Assembly (NCBI GenBank): GCA_001303705.1
Contig: LJUI01000001.1
Coordinates: 11,320-75,319, forward strand
Reading direction: 5' to 3'
From: a candidate division TA06 bacterium SM23_40
GTDB lineage: Bacteria > LJUI01 > SM1-40
DNA: 64,000 nucleotides
The first letter of the stretch is position 1, and each line of letters starts with the position of its first letter. Below are positions 35,737 through 45,460 of this stretch, piece by piece. Position numbers and translations under genes: made by a program. The notes under the pieces were generated by a model. It was given only the letters and a program-made list of their open reading frames with translations. It was not told the origin of the DNA and did no database searches.

Positions 35737-37058
35737 CTCACACCCTGCAGATGAGGTCGCAGCGCATCTTCCACCTGGCGAACTCGTTCGCTCCAGGTAT
35801 GTCTTTCCGCCTCCTCCAATCTCCCACTGCGCGCAGCGACTGTGTCCTGTCTGAGTACCTGCTCCACGAGCTCAATGAACACATCATCGGTCTTCGCCAC
35901 CTCCACATGGTTACGGAGTCGTTCCACATCACCGGTCGCCGTCGAAACAACTGGCTTCCCCGCGGCGAGGTAGAGAAGGAGTTTCTGCGCATTCCGCGAG
36001 CGATTGGCATCGGTCGGTCTGTACAGCTGCAGACAGACATCAATATGCTTCAGATACCCTGCCAATGCCCCATAGGGCTTCCTGCCGAGGAAGTGGATCG
36101 AGGGATATCTTCTGAGCCTGCGGCGGAGACCCGGCTCCACCTTCACCGCCCCGATGAATACGAGTGACCACTCCGGGCGCGTCTGTGCAAGGCGCTCGAC
36201 GAGCTCCCAGTGATAGCTGTTGTTGATTCCCCCTATCGATACAAGCCGCGGCCTGGGGATGTGGCGCAAGTCCGCTGGCTCCCCCTCTCCATCACCTCCA
36301 AACACGTCGATGTCCACACCATTCGGTATGCGAATCACATCCTGCCGTACGCGCCGCCTCGAGATTTCAAGATAGTCCGAGACGACCGTGGCGACCTTTG
36401 CCGAGCGCGTGAACGACTGATCCGCGATGTAAAACCGCCGGCGCGCGTACTCGGGGTATTCCGCGAATTCGCTGAACTCCTCCGTACAGTCGTAGCAGAG
36501 CAGATTCCCACCAAGCCGCTCCGGCGTCTTGAGGGGGAGAAAGGGATGGCTGACCCACAGGAGCACATCCTTCACCCCGTATCGCTTCAGGAACCATCGA
36601 ACGAGATAGACCTCAGCCCAGTGACGCATCTTCAGATCCAGGTCCAACAGGAAGCCGCTTCCCCGGAGCGGGATGGTGAGCGGAGTCAAGACATAGACTT
36701 CGCGTGGTTTCATCTTGGCAACAAATCCCCGTCGCAGAACCCTGCGCCAGCGATGCCGCGCATCCTCATCTCCCCCCCCGAAGCAGAACTTGAGGAATGA
36801 GAACAACGTCAATGGCTGTTCGACATAGACGACGCCATCGAGTAGCTCACTCCGAGCAAGACGCCACATCAATTGCTGGCGACGCCTCCAGGCATCGTCC
36901 CAGTAGTCGCCAAAGCAGACGAGGACGGCCATCTCCTCCTCCTGGTCTTCCCATTCGATCGGTCTCGGCCACCTGTGGCTTCGCGGACAATCTGCCGGTA
37001 CGTCTCTGTGAATTGGCCGATCCGCTCGTTCCACGTCAGTCCCGCGCCCGTAGCACAC
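35733..37058 (-). CDS. GT-B glycosyltransferase (TuaH-like architecture)
   Basis: RPRLVSIGGINNSYHWELVERLAQTRPEWSLVFIGAV...YLAAGKPVVST. Paralogous to 40705..42084. Likely start MAVLVCFGDYWDD at 36932. Confidence 0.65.
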   Translation of the reverse strand: MCYGRGTDVERADRPIHRDVPADCPRSHRWPRPIEWEDQEEEMAVLVCFGDYWDDAWRRRQQLMWRLARSELLDGVVYVEQPLTLFSFLKFCFGGGDEDARHRWRRVLRRGFVAKMKPREVYVLTPLTIPLRGSGFLLDLDLKMRHWAEVYLVRWFLKRYGVKDVLLWVSHPFLPLKTPERLGGNLLCYDCTEEFSEFAEYPEYARRRFYIADQSFTRSAKVATVVSDYLEISRRRVRQDVIRIPNGVDIDVFGGDGEGEPADLRHIPRPRLVSIGGINNSYHWELVERLAQTRPEWSLVFIGAVKVEPGLRRRLRRYPSIHFLGRKPYGALAGYLKHIDVCLQLYRPTDANRSRNAQKLLLYLAAGKPVVSTATGDVERLRNHVEVAKTDDVFIELVEQVLRQDTVAARSGRLEEAERHTWSERVRQVEDALRPHLQGVR

Positions 37059-38170
37059 GCACCGTCCCTCAGCCGCCGGCCCAGGGCATCATCGCTCAGG
37101 ATCTCGATGATGGCCTCCGCCAGCGCGCGCTCGTCCCCAGGGGGTACGAGCAAGCCGTTCCGCCCGTGCCGCACAATCTCCGGTATTCCACCCACCTCGG
37201 AGGCCACCACCGGAACCCCACATGAGAGTGCCTGCATCAGCGCCAGCCCCATCGGCTCATTCAACGACGGCATCACGAATAGATCGGCGAGGCCGTAGTA
37301 GGAGGGCAAATCCTGATAGGGGACATGCCCCACGAATGAGATGGAGTCCTGGATGCCCTGAAGGCGCGCCAGTTCCTCACACCTATCCCGCTCGGGGCCA
37401 TCTCCCACCATGACAAAGTGAGCATCCGGTGCGTTCTCGAGGATGTGAGGTATGGCCCGCACGAGAACCTCCGGACCCTTCACCGGCCTGAACCCTCCCA
37501 CGAACAGACAGGCCCGTCCCCTCGGACGCACGTGCCTACCAACCGCCGGGGCGCTTTGCACGGCGCCATTCCGGCGCCCACCCCTTCCACCCGCTGACGC
37601 ACCAGGAGCAAAGAGCTCAGAGTCAACGGGGTTGAAGAGTAACCGTATCTTGCGCGGCGGCGCCCCGCCGCGCAGGGCGCACTCGACCATCTCTCGACTC
37701 GGACAGATGACGAGATCGGAGGCCCGACACACATATCGGTTGGTGAGCTGGAAGATCTGCGCAGCATGCCACGCATAGTCTCGGTCCCGGCCGGGGCTGA
37801 GAATCGATGCCTGCATGGTGAAGACGGAACGAACGCCACTCACGCGACAGAACAGGTCAACGCCGAGAAAGGCAACTGAATCGTGCACATGGACGACATC
37901 GACCGGGTCCCTCTGATGCAACGATAGGAGCTTCAAGAAGATAAACAGAGGCTGCGGCAGACCTACAACGTCCGGCACCCTGACATATCGAATGCCGTCG
38001 CTGCCAGTACCATCCTGGACATCGCGGCTTATGACGCTCACTCCGTTCCCCTCACCTGAGAGATATTTCGCCAGATCCCTCACATGGGTCGAGACACCCG
38101 TCCTTCCCCCCACCTCACTCACCACGAGTGACACATGCAGTCGATTCCTCACGGTACGGCTCCGCGCCAT
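36869..38170 (-). CDS. GT4 glycosyltransferase
   Basis: LHVSLVVSEVGGRTGVSTHVRDLAKYL; EPMGLALMQALSCGVPVVASEVGGIPEIVRHGRNGLLV. Confidence 0.85.
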   Translation of the reverse strand: MARSRTVRNRLHVSLVVSEVGGRTGVSTHVRDLAKYLSGEGNGVSVISRDVQDGTGSDGIRYVRVPDVVGLPQPLFIFLKLLSLHQRDPVDVVHVHDSVAFLGVDLFCRVSGVRSVFTMQASILSPGRDRDYAWHAAQIFQLTNRYVCRASDLVICPSREMVECALRGGAPPRKIRLLFNPVDSELFAPGASAGGRGGRRNGAVQSAPAVGRHVRPRGRACLFVGGFRPVKGPEVLVRAIPHILENAPDAHFVMVGDGPERDRCEELARLQGIQDSISFVGHVPYQDLPSYYGLADLFVMPSLNEPMGLALMQALSCGVPVVASEVGGIPEIVRHGRNGLLVPPGDERALAEAIIEILSDDALGRRLRDGACATGAGLTWNERIGQFTETYRQIVREATGGRDRSNGKTRRRRWPSSSALATTGTMPGGVASN

Positions 38171-38175
38171 ATCAT

Positions 38176-39510
38176 CTATCTCCTGAAGTGGCGGAGTACC
38201 TTGCGAACAGCAGAGACGACATCTTTCGCATCCTGATCGTGCATTCCGGCCGTGAGCGGGAGGGAGAGTGTCCTCGCAGAGACATCCTCTGCGTTCGGGA
38301 AATCCCCCCTACGATGGCCCAGCCATTCGCGATAGAACGGATGAAGGTGGAGCGCTATATAATGAATCCCGGTTCCGATATTCTCTGCAAGCAGCGCCCC
38401 GGCGACCCGATCCCTATCTACTTTCAGCGTATCCAGGTTCAGATGGACGACGTACAGATGATGGGCGTGCCGGATCCCGGATATGACCGATGGCAGCATC
38501 AAGTAGGGTGAAGGACGGAACGCACGATCGTAGATCTCCGCGATCTTCCGTCGGCGCCTACGGAATCGCTCTATCTTGGAGAGCTGATGAATGCCCAGTG
38601 ATGCCTGAACATCCGTCATGTTGTACTTGTACCCTGGTTCCTCGACCATGCTCAGCGTGAGCTTGGACGAGTTGTACCGCCCCCAGGCATCGCTCGACAG
38701 GCCGTGGAGCCTCAGGCGCCTGATCCTCTCGGCCCACGTGCTGCTTTCGGTTGTCACCATTCCTCCCTCGATGGTCGTGATGTTCTTGTTCGGATAGAAA
38801 CTGAAGGCAGTCAGATGACCGAGGCTCCCGACTTTCTGACCGTGATACATTGCTCCTACGGCATGTGCCGCATCCTCGACGACATCGAGGTCGTGCCGAT
38901 TGGCGATTCCCATGATCTCGTCCATCTGGCATGGCTGTCCGGCAAAGTGAACCGGCACGATCACCTTCGTTCTTCGGGTGATCGCCCGCTCGATTGACTC
39001 CGGATCGATATTCATCGTCTCCCTGACTATGTCGGCGAACACAGGTGTAGCGCCGAGCTGGACGATCACATTCACGGTCGCAGCGAACGTGAGAGGACTC
39101 GTGATCACTTCGTCTCCCGCCCCCACGCCGAGCGTGCTGAGGGCAAGGTGGAGCGCCGCTGTGCACGAACTCACCGCAACCGCGTGTGATGCCCCCACAT
39201 AATCAGCAAAACGTCGCTCGAACTCCATCACTTTGGGCCCTGTTCCGATCCAGCCGGAACGCAGCGTATCGACAACTTCATCGATCTCCTCCGGGCCCAG
39301 GAGGGGAGCGCCGAATACCAGGAACTGTTCCCTCGTCGGACTGCCTCCTTCGATCGCCAGGTCGTCGAGATGTAGGCTCTCGTCGCGCGAAGGAGCGACT
39401 GCGGCTCCATACTCATCTCTCACTTCTACCACCAGCCTTTCCTTGCCATTCTCTCGGTTTTCAGAAGATGTTCGAGATGTTCTCCCACCTGGCGCCCTGT
39501 CCGCTCCCAT
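38176..39510 (-). CDS. DegT/DnrJ/EryC1/StrS-family sugar aminotransferase (second copy)
   Basis: VFGAPLLGPEEIDEVVDTLRSGWIGTGPKV, VAVSSCTAALHLAL, DAAHAVGA, FSFYPNKNITTIEGG (PLP lysine). N-terminal ~60 codons are uncertain. Confidence 0.9.
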   Translation of the reverse strand: MGADRAPGGRTSRTSSENRENGKERLVVEVRDEYGAAVAPSRDESLHLDDLAIEGGSPTREQFLVFGAPLLGPEEIDEVVDTLRSGWIGTGPKVMEFERRFADYVGASHAVAVSSCTAALHLALSTLGVGAGDEVITSPLTFAATVNVIVQLGATPVFADIVRETMNIDPESIERAITRRTKVIVPVHFAGQPCQMDEIMGIANRHDLDVVEDAAHAVGAMYHGQKVGSLGHLTAFSFYPNKNITTIEGGMVTTESSTWAERIRRLRLHGLSSDAWGRYNSSKLTLSMVEEPGYKYNMTDVQASLGIHQLSKIERFRRRRRKIAEIYDRAFRPSPYLMLPSVISGIRHAHHLYVVHLNLDTLKVDRDRVAGALLAENIGTGIHYIALHLHPFYREWLGHRRGDFPNAEDVSARTLSLPLTAGMHDQDAKDVVSAVRKVLRHFRR

Positions 39511-40598
39511 GTCAGTTCCTCTCTCACCCTCTCCAGACCTCTCCGCCCCATCTCCAGAGCCAGCGATCTATCAGCCAAGAGCCTCGTCATTGCCTCAGCG
39601 AGCTGCGGCACATTCCCGGGGTCAACGAGAATGCCGGTCACGCCGTCGATCACCGCCTCAGGGATTCCTCCGGTCCTCGAACCGATAGCCGGGAGCCCGC
39701 ACGATGCGGCCTCGCAGAAGGCGATACCGAAGCCCTCCACATCACCTGAATCCTCGGGCCCCAGCTCTTCTGCCGGCATCACAAAGAGGTCAGCGGCGCG
39801 GTAATACGCAGGAAGCTCGCCCCGGCCAACGTAGCCGACAAAGCGGACGTGCGCATCGAGCCCACACTCCCGCACAAGAGCGCGAAGCCGACCCTCCTCC
39901 GGACCTCTCCCGACGATCACGTAGACGACGGGCCCGATCTTCTCCATCACCGCTGGCAGCGCCCGGATCACCGCCGCATGCCCCTTTCGCTGGGCAAGCC
40001 GTGAAACGGTGATCACTATGGGACGACCGTCGAGTTTCTGTTTTCGTCGCACCTCACCGGGGTCCACCTGTTGATTGAACAGTGCAGCATCGACACCCGG
40101 GTGTACGACCGAGACTCTCTCGGCCGGATACCCACAGGACAACAGACGGTTGCGTGTATGGTCACTGTTCACCATGACGGAGAGTGCGCTAAATAGGATG
40201 CGCCGCCCGATGAGAGCATCGACCGTCGAACGCGTAAGGCAGTACCGGAGATCAGTCCCGTGGATCAGTATGACGTATGGAAGTCCGAGCAGGCGACGGC
40301 AGAGAAGCGGCGAGAGCGCATGCGTCGTCATGAGATGCCCGAGAAAGACGATCTCCGGCCGATATCTCCTGACGGCCCGGCTGAAGGCCTGTGCCGTCCC
40401 GATTGCAGCGAACCGCCGCGGGCGTGAGTAACGCTCCACTCGATATGACTGATTCTCATCAGTACCGTTGCGCGGTCCAGGAGCAAGTACCGAGACCTCG
40501 CTTCCGTGTCGGTGGAGCGCGGACGCCAGCTGATGGACAAACTCAGCTGTACCCCCGACGCACGGGGGAAAATCTTGTGTCAAGATCACGATTCGCAT
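39426..40598 (-). CDS. GT4 glycosyltransferase
   Basis: MRIVILTQDFPPCVGGTAEFVHQLASAL; EGFGIAFCEAASCGLPAIGSRTGGIPEAVIDGVTGILV. Confidence 0.85.
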   Translation of the reverse strand: MRIVILTQDFPPCVGGTAEFVHQLASALHRHGSEVSVLAPGPRNGTDENQSYRVERYSRPRRFAAIGTAQAFSRAVRRYRPEIVFLGHLMTTHALSPLLCRRLLGLPYVILIHGTDLRYCLTRSTVDALIGRRILFSALSVMVNSDHTRNRLLSCGYPAERVSVVHPGVDAALFNQQVDPGEVRRKQKLDGRPIVITVSRLAQRKGHAAVIRALPAVMEKIGPVVYVIVGRGPEEGRLRALVRECGLDAHVRFVGYVGRGELPAYYRAADLFVMPAEELGPEDSGDVEGFGIAFCEAASCGLPAIGSRTGGIPEAVIDGVTGILVDPGNVPQLAEAMTRLLADRSLALEMGRRGLERVREELTWERTGRQVGEHLEHLLKTERMARKGWW

Positions 40599-40704
40599 CT
40601 TATTAGGGTAGGTGGCAACACGCTACACAGGCCGGAAGGAGATCTCGTTCCGCAACGTGAGTGCGGACACAATAGTCTCTCGGCCGATCTCTGCCTCCGT
40701 GCCT

Positions 40705-42084
40705 TCATTGATTGATCCCTCCTGCGCCAGCCGTTCCCCTGACCGGCTCCGGCGAGTACGGAGCCGGTTCGACATCGTACGGCCACGGCACAGAGGGAAT
40801 CGACCTATCCCCTCCTCTCGCCAGTCCATGATGAGAAGGAGGAACCTGCCCGACGCGGCCCTCCCCACAGAGGTTGCGGCCCGCGCGCTTCTCTCCGAGC
40901 ACCGAACTGAGTGTCTGGAGCATTCGGCCGGCGAGACGGTCCCAGGAGTGGTCTCGCGCGACCGCCATTCGCCGCTGTCGGCCGGCCTGACTGCACTCGG
41001 CTATCGCTGAACCGATTGCCCGCCTGAATTCATCGATTCCATCAGCAATCCAGACTACATCCCTCATGTCCTCGAGTTCGTGCAGCGGAGTGCTGACTAC
41101 CGGGAGGCCCGCAGCCAGATACTCCCACAGCTTCAGGGGATTGCGATGCTTGTTAAACCCGTTGCGCTTGTATGGTATGAGGCCAACGTCAAACGCACGC
41201 AGATACCCAACAAGGTCATCGCGACGCTTTGCGCCAAGTACGTGGAGATTGGCGCGACCACGGAATGGAGCGAGCTTCTCTTCGGTTGTCCCATCGATTG
41301 GACCAACGAAAACGAAGGACCAGTCCGGTCTCGTCCGTGATAAGCCCTCCAGTAGCTCCAGATCGAGGGCATCCGACAGCCTGCCCACGTACCCCAACCT
41401 CGGCCTGGGGACGTGGCGTATCTCCTCGGGAAGGGAAGTGTTCGGATCTGCGGCACGCGCCACGTTCTGGAAATCGACGCCGTTAGGTGCGTACTCGATC
41501 CGCAATCCCTCTCTCCTGCGATCCTCAATCAATGAACGAGCAGTGGCGAAGACGAGATCTACCCGCTCGAGGAGCGCAGCTTCCATGGCGGCGACCTCCG
41601 GTATTGCTATACCGTCCCAGTAGTTCAGCCGATATTCATCGAAGCACTCGTATACGACGAATTCCTCGCCCGCCATGCCCAGATTGTACACCTGGTCCGG
41701 GCGGTACATCCAGGCCACAACAGGGTCGTCAGCGCCCCCCACCAACGAGAGAGCCCACCGTACCTGCCGCTCGACAATCGACCGCCACGTCCTGTTTCGC
41801 CTCCCCCTCCGCCCGACAAATGGCAGCCATATGTAAGGGCGCGTAAGAAAGATGTTCGGGGCAATTCGCTGGTGGAATGGCTGCCCCACTCCTCTGTTGG
41901 TCCGCGCACTCCCCCGCAGCAGATGGCGTAGTGACCTGGGAGGAGAGACACAAAGCAGATTTGCACACCCCAGTCCGCTCCGCGCCAGCGCTTCGAGCAT
42001 GGGACGTCGGTGGAAATGCTCCCATTCTCCCAGGAGGTACACCACGATCCTGATACCAGTCGCCATCGATCCCCCCGATCTCAC
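40705..42084 (-). CDS. GT-B glycosyltransferase (TuaH-like architecture)
   Basis: RPRLGYVGRLSDALDLELLEGLSRTRPDWSFVFVGPI...YLAAGLPVVSTPL. Confidence 0.65.
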   Translation of the reverse strand: MRSGGSMATGIRIVVYLLGEWEHFHRRPMLEALARSGLGCANLLCVSPPRSLRHLLRGSARTNRGVGQPFHQRIAPNIFLTRPYIWLPFVGRRGRRNRTWRSIVERQVRWALSLVGGADDPVVAWMYRPDQVYNLGMAGEEFVVYECFDEYRLNYWDGIAIPEVAAMEAALLERVDLVFATARSLIEDRRREGLRIEYAPNGVDFQNVARAADPNTSLPEEIRHVPRPRLGYVGRLSDALDLELLEGLSRTRPDWSFVFVGPIDGTTEEKLAPFRGRANLHVLGAKRRDDLVGYLRAFDVGLIPYKRNGFNKHRNPLKLWEYLAAGLPVVSTPLHELEDMRDVVWIADGIDEFRRAIGSAIAECSQAGRQRRMAVARDHSWDRLAGRMLQTLSSVLGEKRAGRNLCGEGRVGQVPPSHHGLARGGDRSIPSVPWPYDVEPAPYSPEPVRGTAGAGGINQ

Positions 42085-42178
42085 GATCCTGCCGCCGCTC
42101 CCCCGCCCGGGCTTCCCGCAACTCCCCCTCAGTCCGGCCCAGCCTTTCTACACTGTTCACTACTGCTGACCAGCCGTC

Positions 42179-43330
42179 TCACGGTCTGTCCGTTCTCCGC
42201 ACCTGATCCCAGAACCTCACCTGCTGTTGACTCACCTCACACGTGACATCTTCCGTCGAGCTCCCACCCGCATCGTGCAGGCCACCGATCCGCGCACTCC
42301 GACGGCTCACGGCGACTTTCATCAGTTCCTCGTACAGGTATTCGATGTACCTTTGCTCTTTTCCCCTACCGGAACCATCATGGCTCTCAGGCCCCCTGTT
42401 TCTCCGAAGAGCATCGAATACCGCTCTGTCGTCGTACAGCCGCATCGCCCTCGTCCTTCTCCTCGCGGTGACCACGCGAGGCCACCTGAGCGCAATGTCG
42501 AGATGAGCCAACATTCGACTCACATCGCCTGACACTGCTGCCTTGAGAACGCGCAGTGCGAAGAACGTGAGACATTGGCTCAACATCGTATGGTTCTCGA
42601 TATTCTTGAGGACGAACAGGGTCCGCACACGCTCCTCCACTCGTCTCCACTTCCTCGAAGGCCCACCTCCCCGCCCCAGCGAGGCTCCGCCAATGTGAAA
42701 GACCACACTGCGTGGCTCGAAGATGACGCGCCATCCGAGAAGCCAGGCAGCATAGGAGAGATCCAGGTCCTCGTATAGACACTTCCAATAGAGACTGTCG
42801 AACCCTCCCAGCGCGAGGAACTTCTCTCTGTCGAGAGCTGCCGCGCCACCGTGAGCGAGCAGGGTCAGTTGAACACCCGGCGATGAGAAATCAGGCCTGG
42901 TATGCAGCACGCCTCTGCTGAGGATCGGATACCTTCTGCACCCGAACCGTTCAGTGGGCTTATCAGATCGGATGTGCGGCGTTACCGCAAAGACTCGCCG
43001 ATCGGAGAAGTGCTCCAACAACGGAGGCAGGAAATCGGGCTCAACTATCACATCGTTGTTCAGAATGACTACCCAATCCGTCTCACACTCGGAGATAGCG
43101 TCGTTGAATGAGAGAAGATACCTATTGCGTGTCTTTCGCCTGACTTCAACCTGAGGGAAATCCCGTCTCAGCAGCTCCACGCTCCTATCCGTGCTGGCAT
43201 TGTCGACCACGACTACGCAATGCTCCTGACCGCCGAATCTCGACGCAGCCACGACGCTGGGAAGGCACTTTTCGAGCAGTGCCGCGCCATTATGGTTGAG
43301 CACTAATAGGGTCGCCCGCCTGGATGACAT
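42179..43330 (-). CDS. GT2 (GT-A fold) glycosyltransferase
   Basis: LLVLNHNGAALLEKCLPSVV...VVVVDNASTDRS...VILNNDV. Confidence 0.85.
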   Translation of the reverse strand: MSSRRATLLVLNHNGAALLEKCLPSVVAASRFGGQEHCVVVVDNASTDRSVELLRRDFPQVEVRRKTRNRYLLSFNDAISECETDWVVILNNDVIVEPDFLPPLLEHFSDRRVFAVTPHIRSDKPTERFGCRRYPILSRGVLHTRPDFSSPGVQLTLLAHGGAAALDREKFLALGGFDSLYWKCLYEDLDLSYAAWLLGWRVIFEPRSVVFHIGGASLGRGGGPSRKWRRVEERVRTLFVLKNIENHTMLSQCLTFFALRVLKAAVSGDVSRMLAHLDIALRWPRVVTARRRTRAMRLYDDRAVFDALRRNRGPESHDGSGRGKEQRYIEYLYEELMKVAVSRRSARIGGLHDAGGSSTEDVTCEVSQQQVRFWDQVRRTDRP

Positions 43331-44231
43331 CCTTCATTCCCTCTTCCATTGCCCGTCTCATAAGGTACTGATACACCCCACCCGCAACCATCTTCGTCTC
43401 CAGTGCTGATCCCAATCGATAGGAGAGACCATATCTATATCGAGAGGCCATCCGCCGCCATCGGAGAAGCCCACCGCCCCGTTTCACTCGCGGCCAATCA
43501 TCCGTCTTTCGACAGTACATGACATACGACGCCCCCACCCGTCTCATCCTGTCGATTGCCTCATCGAGCGACGTGGGATGCCAGTGGTAGCCCACCGCTT
43601 CTCGACGATAGACGATGCGGAGACCTTGCTGTACAAGGCGTCGCCCGAGCTCGATATCTTCATACGAGGCGAAAGGAAAATCCTCATCAAATGATCCATA
43701 TCTATCCAAGAAATCCTTGTTTAGTGAGATGTTGGACGTGTAGAAGTGCTGATACGGAACATCTTCTTGATCTTCGATCGCCCAGTACTTGAACTGCGGG
43801 CCGCCGCTTTCGAGCCACGCCATGAACGGCGTCACCGTAATCTCGGGCGCCCAGGTGACATGCCCGAGGACCGCGACATTCTCGTCCGGCATGCTCCGGT
43901 GGGTGGACATATGCGTACTCAGCATTCTCTCGGAGGCAATGATGTCATCGCCGGTGAAGAGGACAACCCTCCCCCGTGCGTACTCGAGTCCTCTATTCCT
44001 GGCCGCAGCAGGCCCCCGCGTCTCTTGCCTCACATAGAGAATGGCTCGATCTGTCCCTGTGGCTGCCTCATGTACTGCACCGCACGTATCGTCCGTACTT
44101 CCGTCGTCCACGACGATCACCTCATAGGCCAGACTCTCGGGCTCCTGACCCAGCAGTGCCTTGAGGCATCGCCGCAATACTGCACTTCTCGTGCGAGTCG
44201 GTACGATCACTGACAGTTCCGGCCTATCCAT
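43290..44231 (-). CDS. GT2 (GT-A fold) glycosyltransferase
   Basis: LSVIVPTRTRSAVLRRCLKALLGQ...YEVIVVDDGSTDDT...VLFTGDD. Confidence 0.85.
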   Translation of the reverse strand: MDRPELSVIVPTRTRSAVLRRCLKALLGQEPESLAYEVIVVDDGSTDDTCGAVHEAATGTDRAILYVRQETRGPAAARNRGLEYARGRVVLFTGDDIIASERMLSTHMSTHRSMPDENVAVLGHVTWAPEITVTPFMAWLESGGPQFKYWAIEDQEDVPYQHFYTSNISLNKDFLDRYGSFDEDFPFASYEDIELGRRLVQQGLRIVYRREAVGYHWHPTSLDEAIDRMRRVGASYVMYCRKTDDWPRVKRGGGLLRWRRMASRYRYGLSYRLGSALETKMVAGGVYQYLMRRAMEEGMKDVIQAGDPISAQP

Positions 44232-45423
44232 GCTTCGCTGCCTTCATAGCCCTGGGTCTGGTCGGCATACGAACTTCTCCTGCAATGACTTTTCGGTACA
44301 CGTCCTCCATCCACTCCATATTGCAGTCTTGATCGGCGCACTGCTGGACCATCCCCACGTTTCTTTCGGCCATCTTCTCTCTTCGATCGTCATCTGCTAG
44401 CAAGTCCCCGATAGCCTCTGCCAGACCGACATGGTCATCCGGCCCCACCACCAGTCCGTTCCTCCCATGATCGATCCATTCGCTCACGCACGCCAGATCA
44501 CTGACTATCGGTGCTGCTCCACATGCCATAGCTTCAATGAGTGAGACAGGACCTGAATCGAAACGTGGAACTGAGACAAACAGATCAGCGGCGCGATAGT
44601 ACCGGTGCACCTGTGAGTAGTCGATGGGACCAACAAACCGAGTCCACCGCCCTATTCCGAGTTCATCTACTATTTTCCGGATCTTCCCGGAATAGGCTCT
44701 GTCCTCATAGTTCCAGAGGAAGAGAAAATCGGTGTTTGGTGCCCGTTTCACGACTTCCGGTATGGCCCGGACGATCAATTCAGTGTTGCATGTCGCGTCC
44801 AGGTTTCGCGAAGAGAGAACCACCTTTCTCCCGTCGGCATCCAGCCCCAGGCTGGCGCGCACACTCTCCCTGGACTTGTCTCTGTTGAAGACCGCCAGAT
44901 CGACCCCCCAGTGGAAGACGCAGACTCTCTCCTGAGCCACCCGGAGTCTGAGAATCTCGCCCACCAGACTGGTCGAGATCCCGGTCACTACCCTCCCCCT
45001 CTCCAGAGCCCATCGCGACAGCCCCTGGCGCAGCAGCCACGGCCCTTTCGCTAGTGGCAACCAGACGTCGTCAAACGCCCAGACGGTGATCACTCGCGGA
45101 ACCATACTGACGAAGGCTCCCAGGTAGCCGGGGTAATACATCGATTGGACATGCACGACGTCAGGCCTGATCTCTCTCACGAGGCGCCGCACTCTTCCGA
45201 CTGCCGTCGCCACGGCCGCGTACCTTGCCCTGAACTCAAAGTGAGCATATCGATCCACTCTCGAGCGGGCCCCGGACCCCGCAGTCAGGTCATGCATCAC
45301 GACCCCCGACATCGGAACAGGGTGGTGGGTGATGACGTGGACCTCGTGTCCTCTGTCCGAGAACCACCGAGCAAACCGACGCACGTGAGGGTAGTCGCCC
45401 CACCCCGTGTAGCATATTCTCAA
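44224..45423 (-). CDS. GT4 glycosyltransferase
   Basis: MRICYTGWGDYPHVRRFARWFSDRGHEVHVI; GPVSLIEAMACGAAPIVSDLACVSEWIDHGRNGLVV. Confidence 0.8.
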   Translation of the reverse strand: MRICYTGWGDYPHVRRFARWFSDRGHEVHVITHHPVPMSGVVMHDLTAGSGARSRVDRYAHFEFRARYAAVATAVGRVRRLVREIRPDVVHVQSMYYPGYLGAFVSMVPRVITVWAFDDVWLPLAKGPWLLRQGLSRWALERGRVVTGISTSLVGEILRLRVAQERVCVFHWGVDLAVFNRDKSRESVRASLGLDADGRKVVLSSRNLDATCNTELIVRAIPEVVKRAPNTDFLFLWNYEDRAYSGKIRKIVDELGIGRWTRFVGPIDYSQVHRYYRAADLFVSVPRFDSGPVSLIEAMACGAAPIVSDLACVSEWIDHGRNGLVVGPDDHVGLAEAIGDLLADDDRREKMAERNVGMVQQCADQDCNMEWMEDVYRKVIAGEVRMPTRPRAMKAAKHG

Positions 45424-45460
45424 GAGTTCTCACCCCCATGCCTGTCGCCGACACGCAGCC

